A stretch of 47,495 nt of DNA from contig PLCF01000040.1 in assembly GCA_003135555.1 (NCBI GenBank), forward strand, positions 16,101 to 63,595, read 5' to 3'. A program made the translations under genes and the position numbers. Below are positions 1 through 10,631 of this stretch, piece after piece (position 1 is the first letter of the stretch; each line of letters opens with the position of its first letter). Source of the DNA: Vulcanimicrobiota bacterium. GTDB lineage: Bacteria; Vulcanimicrobiota; Vulcanimicrobiia; Vulcanimicrobiales; Vulcanimicrobiaceae. The notes beneath the pieces were generated by a model. It was not told where the DNA came from and searched no databases. It was given only the letters and a program-made list of their open reading frames with translations.

Positions 1-1046
<1,046 letters not shown>

Positions 1047-1050
<4 letters not shown>

Positions 1051-2375
1051 GCGCTTCGCGGACGAGCTGCCGGGCCGCGATCGTCGCGGCCCTGTTCGTC
1101 TGCGCCGCCTGGAGATCGGCCGGCGCGCAAGATGCGGCGCCGGCCAACGGAACGCTGCCGGGCGGCGTCGTGTACGAGCTCCGTCCCGACGCTGCCCAAT
1201 CCGCGGCGGCGGTCGCTTTGTGGTATCGCGCCCCGGCCGGCGGCTTCGACGGCACGGCGCTGCCCGGGCTCTCGCGGCTGGCCGCCGCGACGGTGGCGGC
1301 CTCAACGCCCGTCACCGGGACCTCGTTGGCGCAGCTCGTGGACCGCTGGGGCGGCCGCCTCAGCGTCGCGGCTTATGCCGACAGCGTGTCGGTGACGGTG
1401 CTCGTCGCTCCGGACCACGTCGCCCGGGCCGTGCGCGCGCTGACCGCCGACTATTTCGCACCGGTGATCACCGCGGAGGGATTGCGTGTCGCGCAACGCG
1501 ATTCGACCGAGGACGCGATCTATCGTTCGCTGGCGCCCGACGCGATCGAGGACGCGCTCGGCGCCGCGCTCTTCGCAAGCGGCCCGCTGCACGACGGCGC
1601 GATCGGTAACCCCGACGGGCTCGCCAACGCGAAGCTCGAGCGCGTCCGCGCGTTTGCCGACCGGGCCTTTCGCCCGGGCAACGCCATTCTGGTACTGACC
1701 GGCAACGTCGATGCGACCGCGCTGTCCAACGTCGCCGCGCGCGCGGGTGCTACGCCCGCGTCGGCGTTGCCCGAGCCGGCCGCGGCGCAGGCGCCGCGAC
1801 CGGACGGCGCGCCGCTGAACCGCGAGGGGGACTTCGCCGGAACCGGCTTGGGGTGGCTCGGACCGCCGATCGCCGACGAGGCCGCCGCGACCGCGCTCGA
1901 TTTCGTCGCCGACGCCTTGTTCGTACCGAAGCGCGGCATCGTCGCCAAGGCGCTGGGCAGTCGCAAAGCCGTGGTCACCGGGAAATTCGTGACCTATCGA
2001 AATCCCGGCGTCTTCTTGGTGACGATCAGCGGCGACGAAGCCGATGCGGCGCGCCCGTTGGTGGACAAGGCGCTCGCGGATGCCGCCAAGCCGATGTCGC
2101 CGGCGCTCTTCGCCGTCGCGCGCGCGGCCTTCGTGTATCGGCTGCTCGGTGACATGGAAACGCCGACGGAGATCTCCGACACCTACGGTTGGTACGCCGT
2201 CGAAGGCGCTCCGGCGTACGCGCCGGCGGAGGGCGGAATGCGCGGCCGCTACTTCACGCTGGCGGCGCAGTTGACGCCGGCGAGCGTCGCTCAGGCGGTC
2301 GCCACGTTCCTGGGCCGCCCGCCGGCCGTCGTGACGGTCGTCAAGCGCGCGCTGCGCCCGCGGACGCAGACGTGA
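1047..2375 (+). CDS. M16 peptidase-like (insulinase-fold) protein, catalytically degenerate, with signal peptide
   Basis: GTG overlaps the ftsH stop (GTGA). N-terminus resembles a signal peptide (AIVAALFVCAAWRSAGA). M16 landmarks include VALWYRAP, YF/FRPGNAILVLTG and PGVFLV; the HxxEH position reads RLAAA. Confidence 0.7.
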
Positions 2376-3676
2376 TTCGCGCGCTCGCGGCGGCCGGTCT
2401 GTGCGTCGCATTGGCAGCGCCCGCCGCCGCGGCTCCGACCCGGACGACGATGGTCGACCTGGGTGGACTGCGGGCCTACGTCAGCAGCGATCAGGGCCTC
2501 CCGCTGGCTGCCGTCGAGCTCGTCGTGCGGGCCGGACTCGAGCGCCAAACGCCGGCGCAGAGCGGGCTGGCGGCGCTGGTCGCGGAGGCGGTCCTGCAGA
2601 CGCCGGTCGAGCCGGCGCCGGGCTCCGGACGAACGGTCGCCCTCACCGACGCGGTCGACGCGCGCGGTGCATCGATCGGGTACGCCGTCGCCGCGCAGCA
2701 CGTGCGCTTCTTCCTCGAAGGGACTCCCGAGGGCGTCGCGGCGACGGCGCCGCTGGTCGCCCGGGCACTCGCCGAACCGTCGTTCGATCCGCCCGTGCTC
2801 GAGGCCGCGCGCGCCGTGTTGGGCGAGCGCATCGCCGACGAGGATTTCGATCCCACGGTCGTGGGCGTGGGGATGCTGCGCGCATCGTACTATCGCGGCG
2901 GCGCCGGGCTCCCCGCGCTGGGGACCACCAGCACGTTGGCGGCGTTCACGCCGGCGGATGCGCGGGCGTTTTACGATCGCTGGTACCTGCGCGGCGGCGC
3001 GTTCGTCGCGGCCGTCGGCCACACCGGCGAGGCGACCGATGCGGCGGCGCGTTCCTTGGCGGGTGCGCTGCGCGAAGGCACCGCCGCCGCCGAGCGGCTC
3101 GTCACCCGGCCCTACGGCGCGCAGCCCAAGCGGATCGTGACGCATCGCGACGTGGGGTCCCTGTACGTCGCGCTCGGGTTTGCGGCGCCCTCGCTGGGCG
3201 ACGCCGATTTTGCGACGGCGTGGGTGATTCGCGCGTTGCTGACCAGCGTCTTCGGCCGCGTGAGCGCGACGACGCAGCCGCCGCAACTGCGCTCGGTCGG
3301 TGCGGTGTACGGCTACGACACGTCGCCGGCGCAGTTCGTGCTCTGGCTCAACGGCAGCCGAATCGATGCCGCGGCCGGGCTCGGCGCGCTCGACACCGTG
3401 GTGAAGGCCGCGGCTGCGAAGCCGCTCACCGCCGCGGTGCTCAGCCGCTACAAGGAGACCGCGCGGGGCGACTGGGCGCTGCGCACGCTGACCCTCGACG
3501 AGCGTGCCTTCGCGATCGGAAACGCCGTCTCGCACGGCCTGGACGCCGACGCCGGCGATGCCGTCGGCGCCGCGATCGGGCGCGTGACCGCCGCCGACGT
3601 GCAGCGCGTGGCCAAGAAGTATTTCCAGAGATTCGATGTCGCGCTGGTGATGCCGCGCGCAAGCTCCGGCGGCTGA
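2372..3676 (+). CDS. Second M16 peptidase-like protein, inactive beta-type subunit, with signal peptide
   Basis: GTGA overlap with the upstream gene. Motifs VELVVRAG...SGLAALVAE, FTPADARAFYDRWY and VTAADVQRVAKKYF are typical of M16 inactive domains; no HxxEH. Confidence 0.75.
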   Translation: MIRALAAAGLCVALAAPAAAAPTRTTMVDLGGLRAYVSSDQGLPLAAVELVVRAGLERQTPAQSGLAALVAEAVLQTPVEPAPGSGRTVALTDAVDARGASIGYAVAAQHVRFFLEGTPEGVAATAPLVARALAEPSFDPPVLEAARAVLGERIADEDFDPTVVGVGMLRASYYRGGAGLPALGTTSTLAAFTPADARAFYDRWYLRGGAFVAAVGHTGEATDAAARSLAGALREGTAAAERLVTRPYGAQPKRIVTHRDVGSLYVALGFAAPSLGDADFATAWVIRALLTSVFGRVSATTQPPQLRSVGAVYGYDTSPAQFVLWLNGSRIDAAAGLGALDTVVKAAAAKPLTAAVLSRYKETARGDWALRTLTLDERAFAIGNAVSHGLDADAGDAVGAAIGRVTAADVQRVAKKYFQRFDVALVMPRASSGG

Positions 3677-3711
3677 ACATCGGCGCCGCGCAGCGAAGCG
3701 CGCGTGAAACC

Positions 3712-4806
3712 ATGTCCACCGCCCTCGTGCACGACTACCTCAACCAGCGCGGCGGGGCCGAGCGCGTCTTCGCGCACTTCGTGCGCGAGTGGCCCGATGC
3801 TCCCGTCTACACGGCGCTCTACGACGAACGGGCGGTTGGCGATCTCGTCCCGCGCGAGCGCGTGCGCACCTCGTTCGTGCAGCGCTTCCCGCTGCGCGGC
3901 CGGCTCTTCCGAGCGTATGCGCCGTTCTACCCGCGCGCCTTCGAAGCGTTCGATCTGTCGGCGTACGACGTCGTCGTCTCGTCCACCACGGCCTGGGCGA
4001 AGGGCGTGTTCGTGCGCCCCGATGCGGTCCACGTGTGCTACATCAACACCGTCTCGCGTTTCGTCTTCGACGCCGCGCAATACGTCGGCGGTTTCGGTGC
4101 GGGGACGTTCGCGCGCCCGCTGCTGCGGCAGCTGGCGGCCTGGGACGTTCGCGCGGCGCAGCGGCCGACGCGGTTGGTGGCCAACTCGCGCAACGTCGCC
4201 GCGCGCGTGCGGCGGTGGTACGGCCGCGAAGCCGACGTGTTGCCGTGCCCGGTCGACGTCGAGCGCTTCACGCCGGGCGCGGGGCGCGGTGACTACTTCA
4301 TCGTCGTCTCGCGGCTGCTGCCCTACAAGCGCATCGACCTGGCGATCCGCGGCTGCGCGCTCGCCGGGGTGCCGCTGCACGTCGTCGGCGACGGACCGGA
4401 TCAGCGCCGCCTCGCGGGGCTCGCGCGCGGCACGGCGACCACCTTTCACGGCCGCGTCGACGACGCGACCCGCAACGCGCTGCTCGGCGACGCGCGCGCC
4501 GCGATCGTGCCGGGCGAGGAAGATTTCGGGCTGGTTCCGCTCGAGGCCGCCGCCGCGGGGCGGCCGACGATCGCCTACGCCGCCGGCGGCGCGCTCGAGA
4601 CGATCGACGCCGGCGCGACCGGCGCGTTTTTCGGCGAGCCCGACGCGCGCTCGTTGGCCGCGGCCATTCGGGGCTTCGATCCGGCGCGGTATCAGTCCGC
4701 GCGCCTGCGCGCGCACGCCGAGCAGTATCGGCCCGAGCAGTTTCGCGCGCGGCTGCGGGCGATCGTGGACGAGACCGTCGCCGCGCGGCGGGGTGCAACG
4801 GGGTGA
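3712..4806 (+). CDS. Glycosyltransferase family 4 (GT-B)
   Basis: Motifs ALVHDYLNQRGGAERV, VSRLLPYKRIDL and EDFGLVPLEAAAAGRP. True start is ATG 3712, inside the long ORF 2401-4806. Confidence 0.92.
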   Translation: MSTALVHDYLNQRGGAERVFAHFVREWPDAPVYTALYDERAVGDLVPRERVRTSFVQRFPLRGRLFRAYAPFYPRAFEAFDLSAYDVVVSSTTAWAKGVFVRPDAVHVCYINTVSRFVFDAAQYVGGFGAGTFARPLLRQLAAWDVRAAQRPTRLVANSRNVAARVRRWYGREADVLPCPVDVERFTPGAGRGDYFIVVSRLLPYKRIDLAIRGCALAGVPLHVVGDGPDQRRLAGLARGTATTFHGRVDDATRNALLGDARAAIVPGEEDFGLVPLEAAAAGRPTIAYAAGGALETIDAGATGAFFGEPDARSLAAAIRGFDPARYQSARLRAHAEQYRPEQFRARLRAIVDETVAARRGATG

Positions 4807-6101
4807 GCGAGCGCGCGTCGCTGCGGCCGCCGCGTGCGGTCGTCGTCGCGGCGGTGGTCTTTGCGCTGGTCTACATCGCGCTGGATCTCAACAAGCTCTA
4901 CGCGCTGCGCTACGGCGCCGATACCGGCACGTTCGTCCAGTGGCTCACCGGCGAAGCGCACGGGCGCGGCTCGTGGAACGGCGCCGAGTACCGCCCGCAT
5001 CTGCAGGTGCACGACTCGTGGGTGCTGCTCGCGCTCGTGCCGCTCATGGCCGCATTCCCCTATGCCCAGACGCTGTTGGTCGTGCAGGTCGTGGCGATCG
5101 CCGGCGCGGCGCTTGCGCTCGCCGCGTTCGCACGCAGCTGCGGCGCGAACGCTTGGGGCGCCACGGCGGTCGGGATCGCGTATCTGCTCTCGCCCTCCGC
5201 GCAGGGGATCGCGTACGGTAATTTCCTCGAGAACGTCTTCGTGCCGTTGCTCGCCGCGCTGGGCGCGCTCGCGGTACGGCGCCGCGCGCCCATCGCGGCG
5301 CTCATCATCGCGCAACTGCTGCTGGGGCTCAAAGAGGACGAGGCGCTGTTCCTGGCCTGGTTCGGCGCGGCTTGCGCGTTGTGGTGGGATCGGCGGATCG
5401 GCGTCGCCGTCGCCGCGCTGGCGCTGGTGAACGGCGTGGCCTTCGTGGTGTTCGAACGGCTCGCCGGCGCGCAGCCCTCGCTGCCGGGCTACGCCCTGCA
5501 CGTCGACGAACCGCTGCAAAAGCTGGCGTTCTTCGCCGCGCTGCTCGCGCCGTTCGCCTTCGCTCCGCTGCTGCTGCGATGGCGGCTGCTGCTGGCGGCT
5601 CCGCTGGTCGCCGAGCTGGTCTTCAACCGCCCCTGGGCGTATCCGATCGCGCGCATCGGCACCCATTGGACGGCACCGCTCGTCGCGGCGACCGCGCTCG
5701 CGGCCGCCTATGCCGTCGCGAAATACCCGCGCCTGGCGACACCGATGCTCGGCTGCGCGGTGTTGTGCGCGCTGTTCTTCAACGACACCGCGCTCAAGAT
5801 CGGCCGCTACCCCTACGTCGTCGACCGCGGCGCATACGCCGCCGCGACGGCGTTGCGCGACGCACCGCGGCGCGTCGTGGTCCGCCGGCCCGTCGAGGGC
5901 GTCTACGTCGTCGCGGCGGCGAACCCGAACGTCGTGCTGGCCAAGTACGATCCGCGCGAGACCGGCTACTGCCCGGCCTACAACAAGGACCCGCGCGCGT
6001 TTCTGGCCTCGCTCGGCGTCGGTCCCTGGCCGGCGAATATCGCGCTATGCGGCGGCGTCCCGCTTAGAGCTGATGCAACGCCAGGACCGCCGCGACGGTG
6101 A
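4803..6101 (+). CDS. DUF2079-like multi-pass membrane protein (possible GT-C-type transferase)
   Basis: Many TM segments, DTGTFVQ and HLQVHDS in the first loop, and a KED motif. GTGA-coupled to the GT4 gene. Confidence 0.65.
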   Translation: MSERASLRPPRAVVVAAVVFALVYIALDLNKLYALRYGADTGTFVQWLTGEAHGRGSWNGAEYRPHLQVHDSWVLLALVPLMAAFPYAQTLLVVQVVAIAGAALALAAFARSCGANAWGATAVGIAYLLSPSAQGIAYGNFLENVFVPLLAALGALAVRRRAPIAALIIAQLLLGLKEDEALFLAWFGAACALWWDRRIGVAVAALALVNGVAFVVFERLAGAQPSLPGYALHVDEPLQKLAFFAALLAPFAFAPLLLRWRLLLAAPLVAELVFNRPWAYPIARIGTHWTAPLVAATALAAAYAVAKYPRLATPMLGCAVLCALFFNDTALKIGRYPYVVDRGAYAAATALRDAPRRVVVRRPVEGVYVVAAANPNVVLAKYDPRETGYCPAYNKDPRAFLASLGVGPWPANIALCGGVPLRADATPGPPRR

Positions 6102-6825
6102 GCAAGTTGAAGAATGCGTGGGCCAGCATCACGGCGACGAGCGAAGCGGTGCGATAGTATATCGCTGCCAGCACCATCCCCACCGCGGCGAGCGGCACGA
6201 TGGCGCCGAGATTTCCGGGCAGCCAATGCGCCAAGCCGAACACCGCGCCCGCGAGTATCACCGCCAGCCAAACCGGCAGGTAGCGCAGCAGCGCGTTGAA
6301 GACGAAGCCGCGAAAGGTGAGCTCCTCGAAAAACGGCGCTGCGACGCAGGCCAGAAAAACGAATCCGCCCACGAGCGATCCGCGCGCCGCTCGCAGCATC
6401 TGGACTTGTACCTCGTCGGCCTTGAGGTGAAAGACGCGCTCTTGCAGCGATCCGACCAGCGCGGCGACCGCGACCATGGCGAGCGCACCGCCGATCCCCC
6501 AGCCTAGGTCGTCGAGGCGCGGCATCCGCAGCCCGAGCTCGCGCAGCGAGCGGTGCGCGAGCAGGGGCAAGGCCGCGAACAGGATGGCGAGCGCGACGAC
6601 GTACGAGGCGAACGTGGCCGCGAGGAGCGGCCAGGAGAAGATTCGGAGATCACTCTCCCGAGCGACGCCGAATACCAGCAGCGCGGCGCCGAACAGCGCG
6701 CCGGGGATCAGCTGCGCCGCGATGATGAGAAAGGCGAAACCGAGCGACCAATACCACCGAAACGACTCAGCCGGCCAGCGCTTCGGCGAGAGCGGCGAAG
6801 GAGAAAAGGTCGAGGTCTTCACCAC
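6064..6825 (-). CDS. CPBP/Abi family intramembrane metalloprotease (CAAX protease)
   Basis: Motifs APFFEELTFRG, FGLAH and HAFFN in a hydrophobic protein. Confidence 0.9.
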   Translation of the reverse strand: MVKTSTFSPSPLSPKRWPAESFRWYWSLGFAFLIIAAQLIPGALFGAALLVFGVARESDLRIFSWPLLAATFASYVVALAILFAALPLLAHRSLRELGLRMPRLDDLGWGIGGALAMVAVAALVGSLQERVFHLKADEVQVQMLRAARGSLVGGFVFLACVAAPFFEELTFRGFVFNALLRYLPVWLAVILAGAVFGLAHWLPGNLGAIVPLAAVGMVLAAIYYRTASLVAVMLAHAFFNLLTVAAVLALHQL

Positions 6826-7618
6826 GCACGTCCGGTTTCAGAGCGATTGAAGCGATCGCCGCGGCCACGCGTTCGCGCGGAAGATCGAGCGCGAGCGACA
6901 ACGAATTCGCCAGCGTCTTGCGGCGGTACGCGAACGCTCCGCGCACGACCTGTTCGAAACGCACGCGATCGCGTACCACGACCGCGGGCTGCTCGAGGCG
7001 GTGCAGCACGACGACCGTCGAGACGACGCCGGGTCGCGGGTAGAACGCCGACGGCGGAACGTTGAACGCGCGCTCGACCCGCATGGTCAGCGCGAGCGCG
7101 ATCGTGAGGCTGCCGTATTGTGCCGTCCCCGGCTTGGCGATCAGCCGCTCCGCGACGTCGTGTTGGATCATCGCGACGATGCGTTCGGGCGGCCGCGGCA
7201 GCGTGGCCAGCTTCACCAGCAGCGGCGTCCCGACGTTGTACGGCAGGTTGCCGGCGGCCCGCCACTCGCGCGTCCCGGCCCACGCCGCGTAGTCGAACGC
7301 AAGCGCGTCGGCTTGCTGCAGCTCGATCCCGCCCAGATCGTCCCGAGCGCGCAGGATCGCGACCATCTCGGGATCGATGTCGAAGGCCGTTACCGCGGCG
7401 CCGAGCCGCAGCAGCGCCGCGGTGAGCGCGCCGGTGCCGGCGCCGATCTCGAGCACGCGCTCGCCGGGCGTGTCGACCGCACGGCGTGCGATGCGCGCCG
7501 CGATGGCGCCGTCCATGAGGAAATGTTGGCCGAGGCGCTTTTTCGGCCGGATTCCGCGCGCACCGAGCAGCGCACGCGGATGCTGAGCGCCGCCCCGCTC
7601 GTCCCCTTCGTGCGCTAT
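6767..7618 (-). CDS. rsmA: 16S rRNA m6,2A dimethyltransferase RsmA/KsgA; start uncertain (ATA 7618 proposed)
   Basis: Motifs PKKRLGQHFL, VLEIGAGTGALT, AGNLPYN, FYPRP and RRKTLAN. Confidence 0.93.
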   Translation of the reverse strand: MAHEGDERGGAQHPRALLGARGIRPKKRLGQHFLMDGAIAARIARRAVDTPGERVLEIGAGTGALTAALLRLGAAVTAFDIDPEMVAILRARDDLGGIELQQADALAFDYAAWAGTREWRAAGNLPYNVGTPLLVKLATLPRPPERIVAMIQHDVAERLIAKPGTAQYGSLTIALALTMRVERAFNVPPSAFYPRPGVVSTVVVLHRLEQPAVVVRDRVRFEQVVRGAFAYRRKTLANSLSLALDLPRERVAAAIASIALKPDVRGEDLDLFSFAALAEALAG

Positions 7619-8661
7619 TTTATCAAGTACACGGTGATCGACCGGCGGCCGAACTGAAACGCCTGTGCGTTCGAGTTGAACCCGAGGTCGATGCGGTTGC
7701 CGCGGATCGCACCGCCGGTGTCGCCCGCCACCGCGTGACCGTAGCCTGGAATGTACATGCGGGTCCCCAACGGTATCACCCGCGGGTCGACCGCGACGAT
7801 GCCGTGGCCGGCCGGCCGTCCGCTGGCGGTCGTGCCGCTGCAGCCCGCGCACTCGGCCGTGTACGCCGTCGCGACCATCGACAGCGCCGAGCTGGCGAAC
7901 TTGAGCGTCCCGGCGACGTTGCGCTCGGCCAGCTCCGACAAGGCGGTGTACTCACCGATCCCCTCGGCGACGATGCGCGCGCGCGGCGCGCGCAGGACGC
8001 GTGAGACCAACGCGCTGCGCCGGACCGCCCGGCGATTGGCGCTACGGCTGACCGCATACGCGACTTCGGCCAGCCCCGGCTTTCCCGGGTCGATGACTTT
8101 GGAGGTACCCTCAGGCAGCGTAAACGCCCAGCGCTTGACCACCTTGGGCGCGATCTTCTTGCGGACGGTCTCCGTCCAAGCGTCGACGTGGGCAACGACA
8201 ACGACGGTATCGTTCTCGAGCGCGCTGGCGGGGCCGGGCGCGATCGTATCGTGACGGTCGAAGGGTACTCGCTGCGCTCGCAGCAGGTCGGCCACGGACA
8301 GTGCGGCCGAGCGCAGAGCGCGGGGCTGGCCGTCGATCACGACGGTGACCGGGACGGCCGGCCGGTAGACGATCGTTTCGCCGTCCGTCAGCGAGCTGGC
8401 GGGGTCGACGGACAGGGCGTCTTCGGGGCTGCGGATCAGGTTGCGTTCGTAGAGCAGTTCGTCGGCGGTTTCGGCGCGGGTCTCGATGGTTTCGGGGAGG
8501 CCGTCGTGGACGAGCGTGACGTGCTTGACGGGGGCAGTGGACGCCAGCGCGGCGACCGTTTTGGCGACCCTATCGGGCACCGTGCCGGCGCCGAAGGGGA
8601 TCAACAAACCCAAGGAAAGCATGCCCGTCGCCGCAAGCGGCGTTGGAAGATCGTTGCGGAT
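7615..8661 (-). CDS. YabE/RpfB-like cell-wall protein (DUF348 x2, G5, 3D domain); start ATC 8661 or ATG 8622
   Basis: 3D motifs ATAYT...TTASG...VAVDPRVIPLGT...AGDTGGAIRGNRIDL, a G5-like GKPG segment, and conserved position next to rsmA. SD AGAAAGGAG lies 7 nt before ATC 8661. Confidence 0.88.
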   Translation of the reverse strand: MRNDLPTPLAATGMLSLGLLIPFGAGTVPDRVAKTVAALASTAPVKHVTLVHDGLPETIETRAETADELLYERNLIRSPEDALSVDPASSLTDGETIVYRPAVPVTVVIDGQPRALRSAALSVADLLRAQRVPFDRHDTIAPGPASALENDTVVVVAHVDAWTETVRKKIAPKVVKRWAFTLPEGTSKVIDPGKPGLAEVAYAVSRSANRRAVRRSALVSRVLRAPRARIVAEGIGEYTALSELAERNVAGTLKFASSALSMVATAYTAECAGCSGTTASGRPAGHGIVAVDPRVIPLGTRMYIPGYGHAVAGDTGGAIRGNRIDLGFNSNAQAFQFGRRSITVYLIK

Positions 8662-8781
8662 CGTCCGACTCCTTTCTCGTGCGGAGGGTGCGTTCCATCA
8701 AGCCCGGATAGTAATCCGTGCCATTCTGGTTCGCACTCGACGTCGTAGCGGTGGTCGGCGAGCCTATCCCAAGCGGCAACG

Positions 8782-8852
8782 CTCGGTACTGGGGCAACCC
8801 AGGGGGCTCGGTCGAGTGCCCCCAGGACCCGACGGGTCCCGGTGAACCCGAG
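8782..8852. ncRNA. Candidate structured cis-regulatory RNA (three hairpins closed by a fourth stem)
   Basis: Closing stem CTCGG/CCGAG; hairpins CTGGG-GCAA-CCCAG, GGGGGC/GCCCCC and GGACCC-GAC-GGGTCC, in a divergent intergenic region. Confidence 0.4.
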
Positions 8853-8853
8853 T

Positions 8854-8883
8854 ACGGTACCACGGGCGTCCGGATCCCGTCAA
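8854..8883 (-). promoter_or_regulatory. Putative sigma70 promoter for the 3D/G5-rsmA operon
   Basis: Minus strand reads TTGACG-18 nt-TACCGT, with a TGn extended -10. Confidence 0.5.
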
Positions 8884-8974
8884 ATACAAGGGTCGTAGAT
8901 CCGCGGGGGCCCCGTCTGGTACGCGCACGTGGCCCCAGGCGTCCCGCAATAGCCACGGCGAAGCTCCGCTTGCC

Positions 8975-10102
8975 ATGCAACCGCGCCGCGTAGGATTCTT
9001 CACCGAGTGCTACAAACCGATCGTGAACGGCGTCGTTGCCAGCATCGACGCACTGCACGACGGCTTGCGCGCGCACGGCGTCGACGTCACCACGATCGCA
9101 CCGCATTTTCCACATTTCGTCGACGCCGAACGCGACGTCGTGCGCGTGCCCTCGCTGCCGCTTCCGACGCAGACCGCGTATCGTTTGTGCGTGCCCTACT
9201 TGAATGCGGACGACCGCGCACGGATGCGCGGCATCGACCTCGTGCACGCGCACTCGCCGTTCGTCACCGGCTGGATGGGCGCATCGTATGCGCGGCGACA
9301 CCGCATTCCATTGGTGTTCACCTATCACACGCGGTTGGATGCCTACGCGCACTACGCGCCGTTCGACCGCGGTGCGACCGAGCGCGCGATGGTCGAGCTG
9401 ACGCGCCGCTACGCCAATGCGGCCGACGCCGTCGTCGTGCCGACCGGCGCGATGGAGATCCGTTTGCGCGAGCTGGGCGTCCACGCTCCGATCGCCGTCG
9501 TTCCCAGCGCGATCGACGTCGAGCGTTTCGCCGCGGGCCGGCGCAGCGCGATGGTGCGCGCGCGGTTGGGTGCCGACGACGACGCGCCCTTGGCGCTGGT
9601 CGTCTCGCGGCTGGGGATGGAGAAGAACGTCGAGCTCGTCCTCGACACGCTGCCGCTGCTGCCGCAGCTGCGCTTGGCCGTGGTGGGCGAAGGGCCCCAC
9701 CGCGCCGCGCTCGAGGAGCGCGCGCGGCGGCTGGGTGTGGCGGGCCGCGTCAGGTTCACCGGCGCGCTCGACCGCGCCAGGCTCCCCGACGTGTACGCCT
9801 CGGTGGACGCCTTCGTATTTGCGTCGACCACGGACACGCAGGGCCTGGTGCTGGCCGAGGCGCTGGCCGCCGGCCTGCCCGTGGTGGCTGCGGACAGCGC
9901 GGCGTCCCGCGACGTGCTGGTCGGTGCGGGCCGGATCGTTCCGCCCGATCCGGCGGCCCTGGCGGCCGCCTTACGCGAAGCGTTGGCCGCCGGCCACGAT
10001 CAGAGTGCCGTACATTTGGCATTCTCGCGGTTTACGGTGGAGATGCAGACGCGGCGAATCCTCGAGCTCTACCGGGAGGTGCTGGCCGCGCGCGCAGCCT
10101 GA
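8975..10102 (+). CDS. Glycosyltransferase family 4 (1,2-diacylglycerol 3-glucosyltransferase-like)
   Basis: Motifs FTECYKPIVNGVVAS, HAHSPF, VFTYHT, SRLGMEKN and FASTTDTQGLVLAEALAAGLP. Confidence 0.9.
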   Translation: MQPRRVGFFTECYKPIVNGVVASIDALHDGLRAHGVDVTTIAPHFPHFVDAERDVVRVPSLPLPTQTAYRLCVPYLNADDRARMRGIDLVHAHSPFVTGWMGASYARRHRIPLVFTYHTRLDAYAHYAPFDRGATERAMVELTRRYANAADAVVVPTGAMEIRLRELGVHAPIAVVPSAIDVERFAAGRRSAMVRARLGADDDAPLALVVSRLGMEKNVELVLDTLPLLPQLRLAVVGEGPHRAALEERARRLGVAGRVRFTGALDRARLPDVYASVDAFVFASTTDTQGLVLAEALAAGLPVVAADSAASRDVLVGAGRIVPPDPAALAAALREALAAGHDQSAVHLAFSRFTVEMQTRRILELYREVLAARAA

Positions 10103-10123
10103 CGAATGTCAGCTCCGGCTGAC

Positions 10124-10152
10124 TTGACTCGAACATATGTTCGATATAGGAT
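10124..10152 (+). promoter_or_regulatory. Sigma70 promoter with a Gram-positive-type LexA (SOS/Cheo) box in its spacer
   Basis: TTGACT (10124)-17 nt-TAGGAT (10147). A perfect 16-bp palindrome TCGAACATATGTTCGA at 10129-10144 matches CGAAC-N4-GTTCG. Confidence 0.88.
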
Positions 10153-10165
10153 GATCGCACGAGCC

Positions 10166-10606
10166 ATGCAACAGACCGCCACTCGCCACCGCTCCGCCGA
10201 CGTCGCCCTGGGCTACGCGGCCGACCGCTCCGGAACCGGGATCGCCTATGCGGCGATCGCGACGGGGACGGGCCGCGCCACCGTCAAGGTGCCCTTCAGC
10301 GCGGTACCCCTGGCCGCTCTCGAGGGCCGGGAGTTCGGCTACGCCGCGGTCGCGGCCGTCGGCGGGTACCTGCGCGGTCGCGGCTTCACCCGGATCCGCA
10401 TGCGGCTCGCCGACGGCTCGCTCGTCGACGACCTCAACGCTCGAGGTTGCGTCCCGCCGGCGTTGGCGCTGGCCTACGTCAAGGCGCGCTGCACCCTGCA
10501 CGGCTTCGCCGTCGCGCGCGTCGAACGCGGCGAACCGATTGAAACCAACGACCTCGAGACCCGCGCCCGAGCCGATATCTCGCTCCAAACGACCGCTGCC
10601 GCCTGA
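10166..10606 (+). CDS. Hypothetical protein, degenerate RNase H-like fold, under the SOS promoter
   Basis: ATG 10166 lies downstream of the promoter. GREFGYAAV...RIRMRLADGSLVDDLN resembles the RNase HI NNxAEYxA...vxvxxDSxLVVxQxN pattern. Confidence 0.6.
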   Translation: MQQTATRHRSADVALGYAADRSGTGIAYAAIATGTGRATVKVPFSAVPLAALEGREFGYAAVAAVGGYLRGRGFTRIRMRLADGSLVDDLNARGCVPPALALAYVKARCTLHGFAVARVERGEPIETNDLETRARADISLQTTAAA

Positions 10607-10631
10607 CCCGTCGGGGCCGGCCGGCCGGCGC

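Noticed and set aside
2401..3711. 801-aa fusion ORF 2401-4806
   Set aside because: The N-terminal part is an off-frame shadow of the second M16 gene; glycosyltransferase similarity begins at ATG 3712.
8700..8900. c-di-AMP (ydaO) riboswitch, tRNA or SRP RNA as the identity of the structured region
   Set aside because: No GGGGGAACC...AGCUAAC signature, no T-loop GTTCRA or 7-nt anticodon loop, and no SRP CAGG-GNRA-AGCA motif. Kept only as an unknown RNA candidate.
10106..10165. ORF start at ATG 10106 or 10151
   Set aside because: These starts lie upstream of or inside the promoter and LexA box; ATG 10166 fits the predicted transcript.
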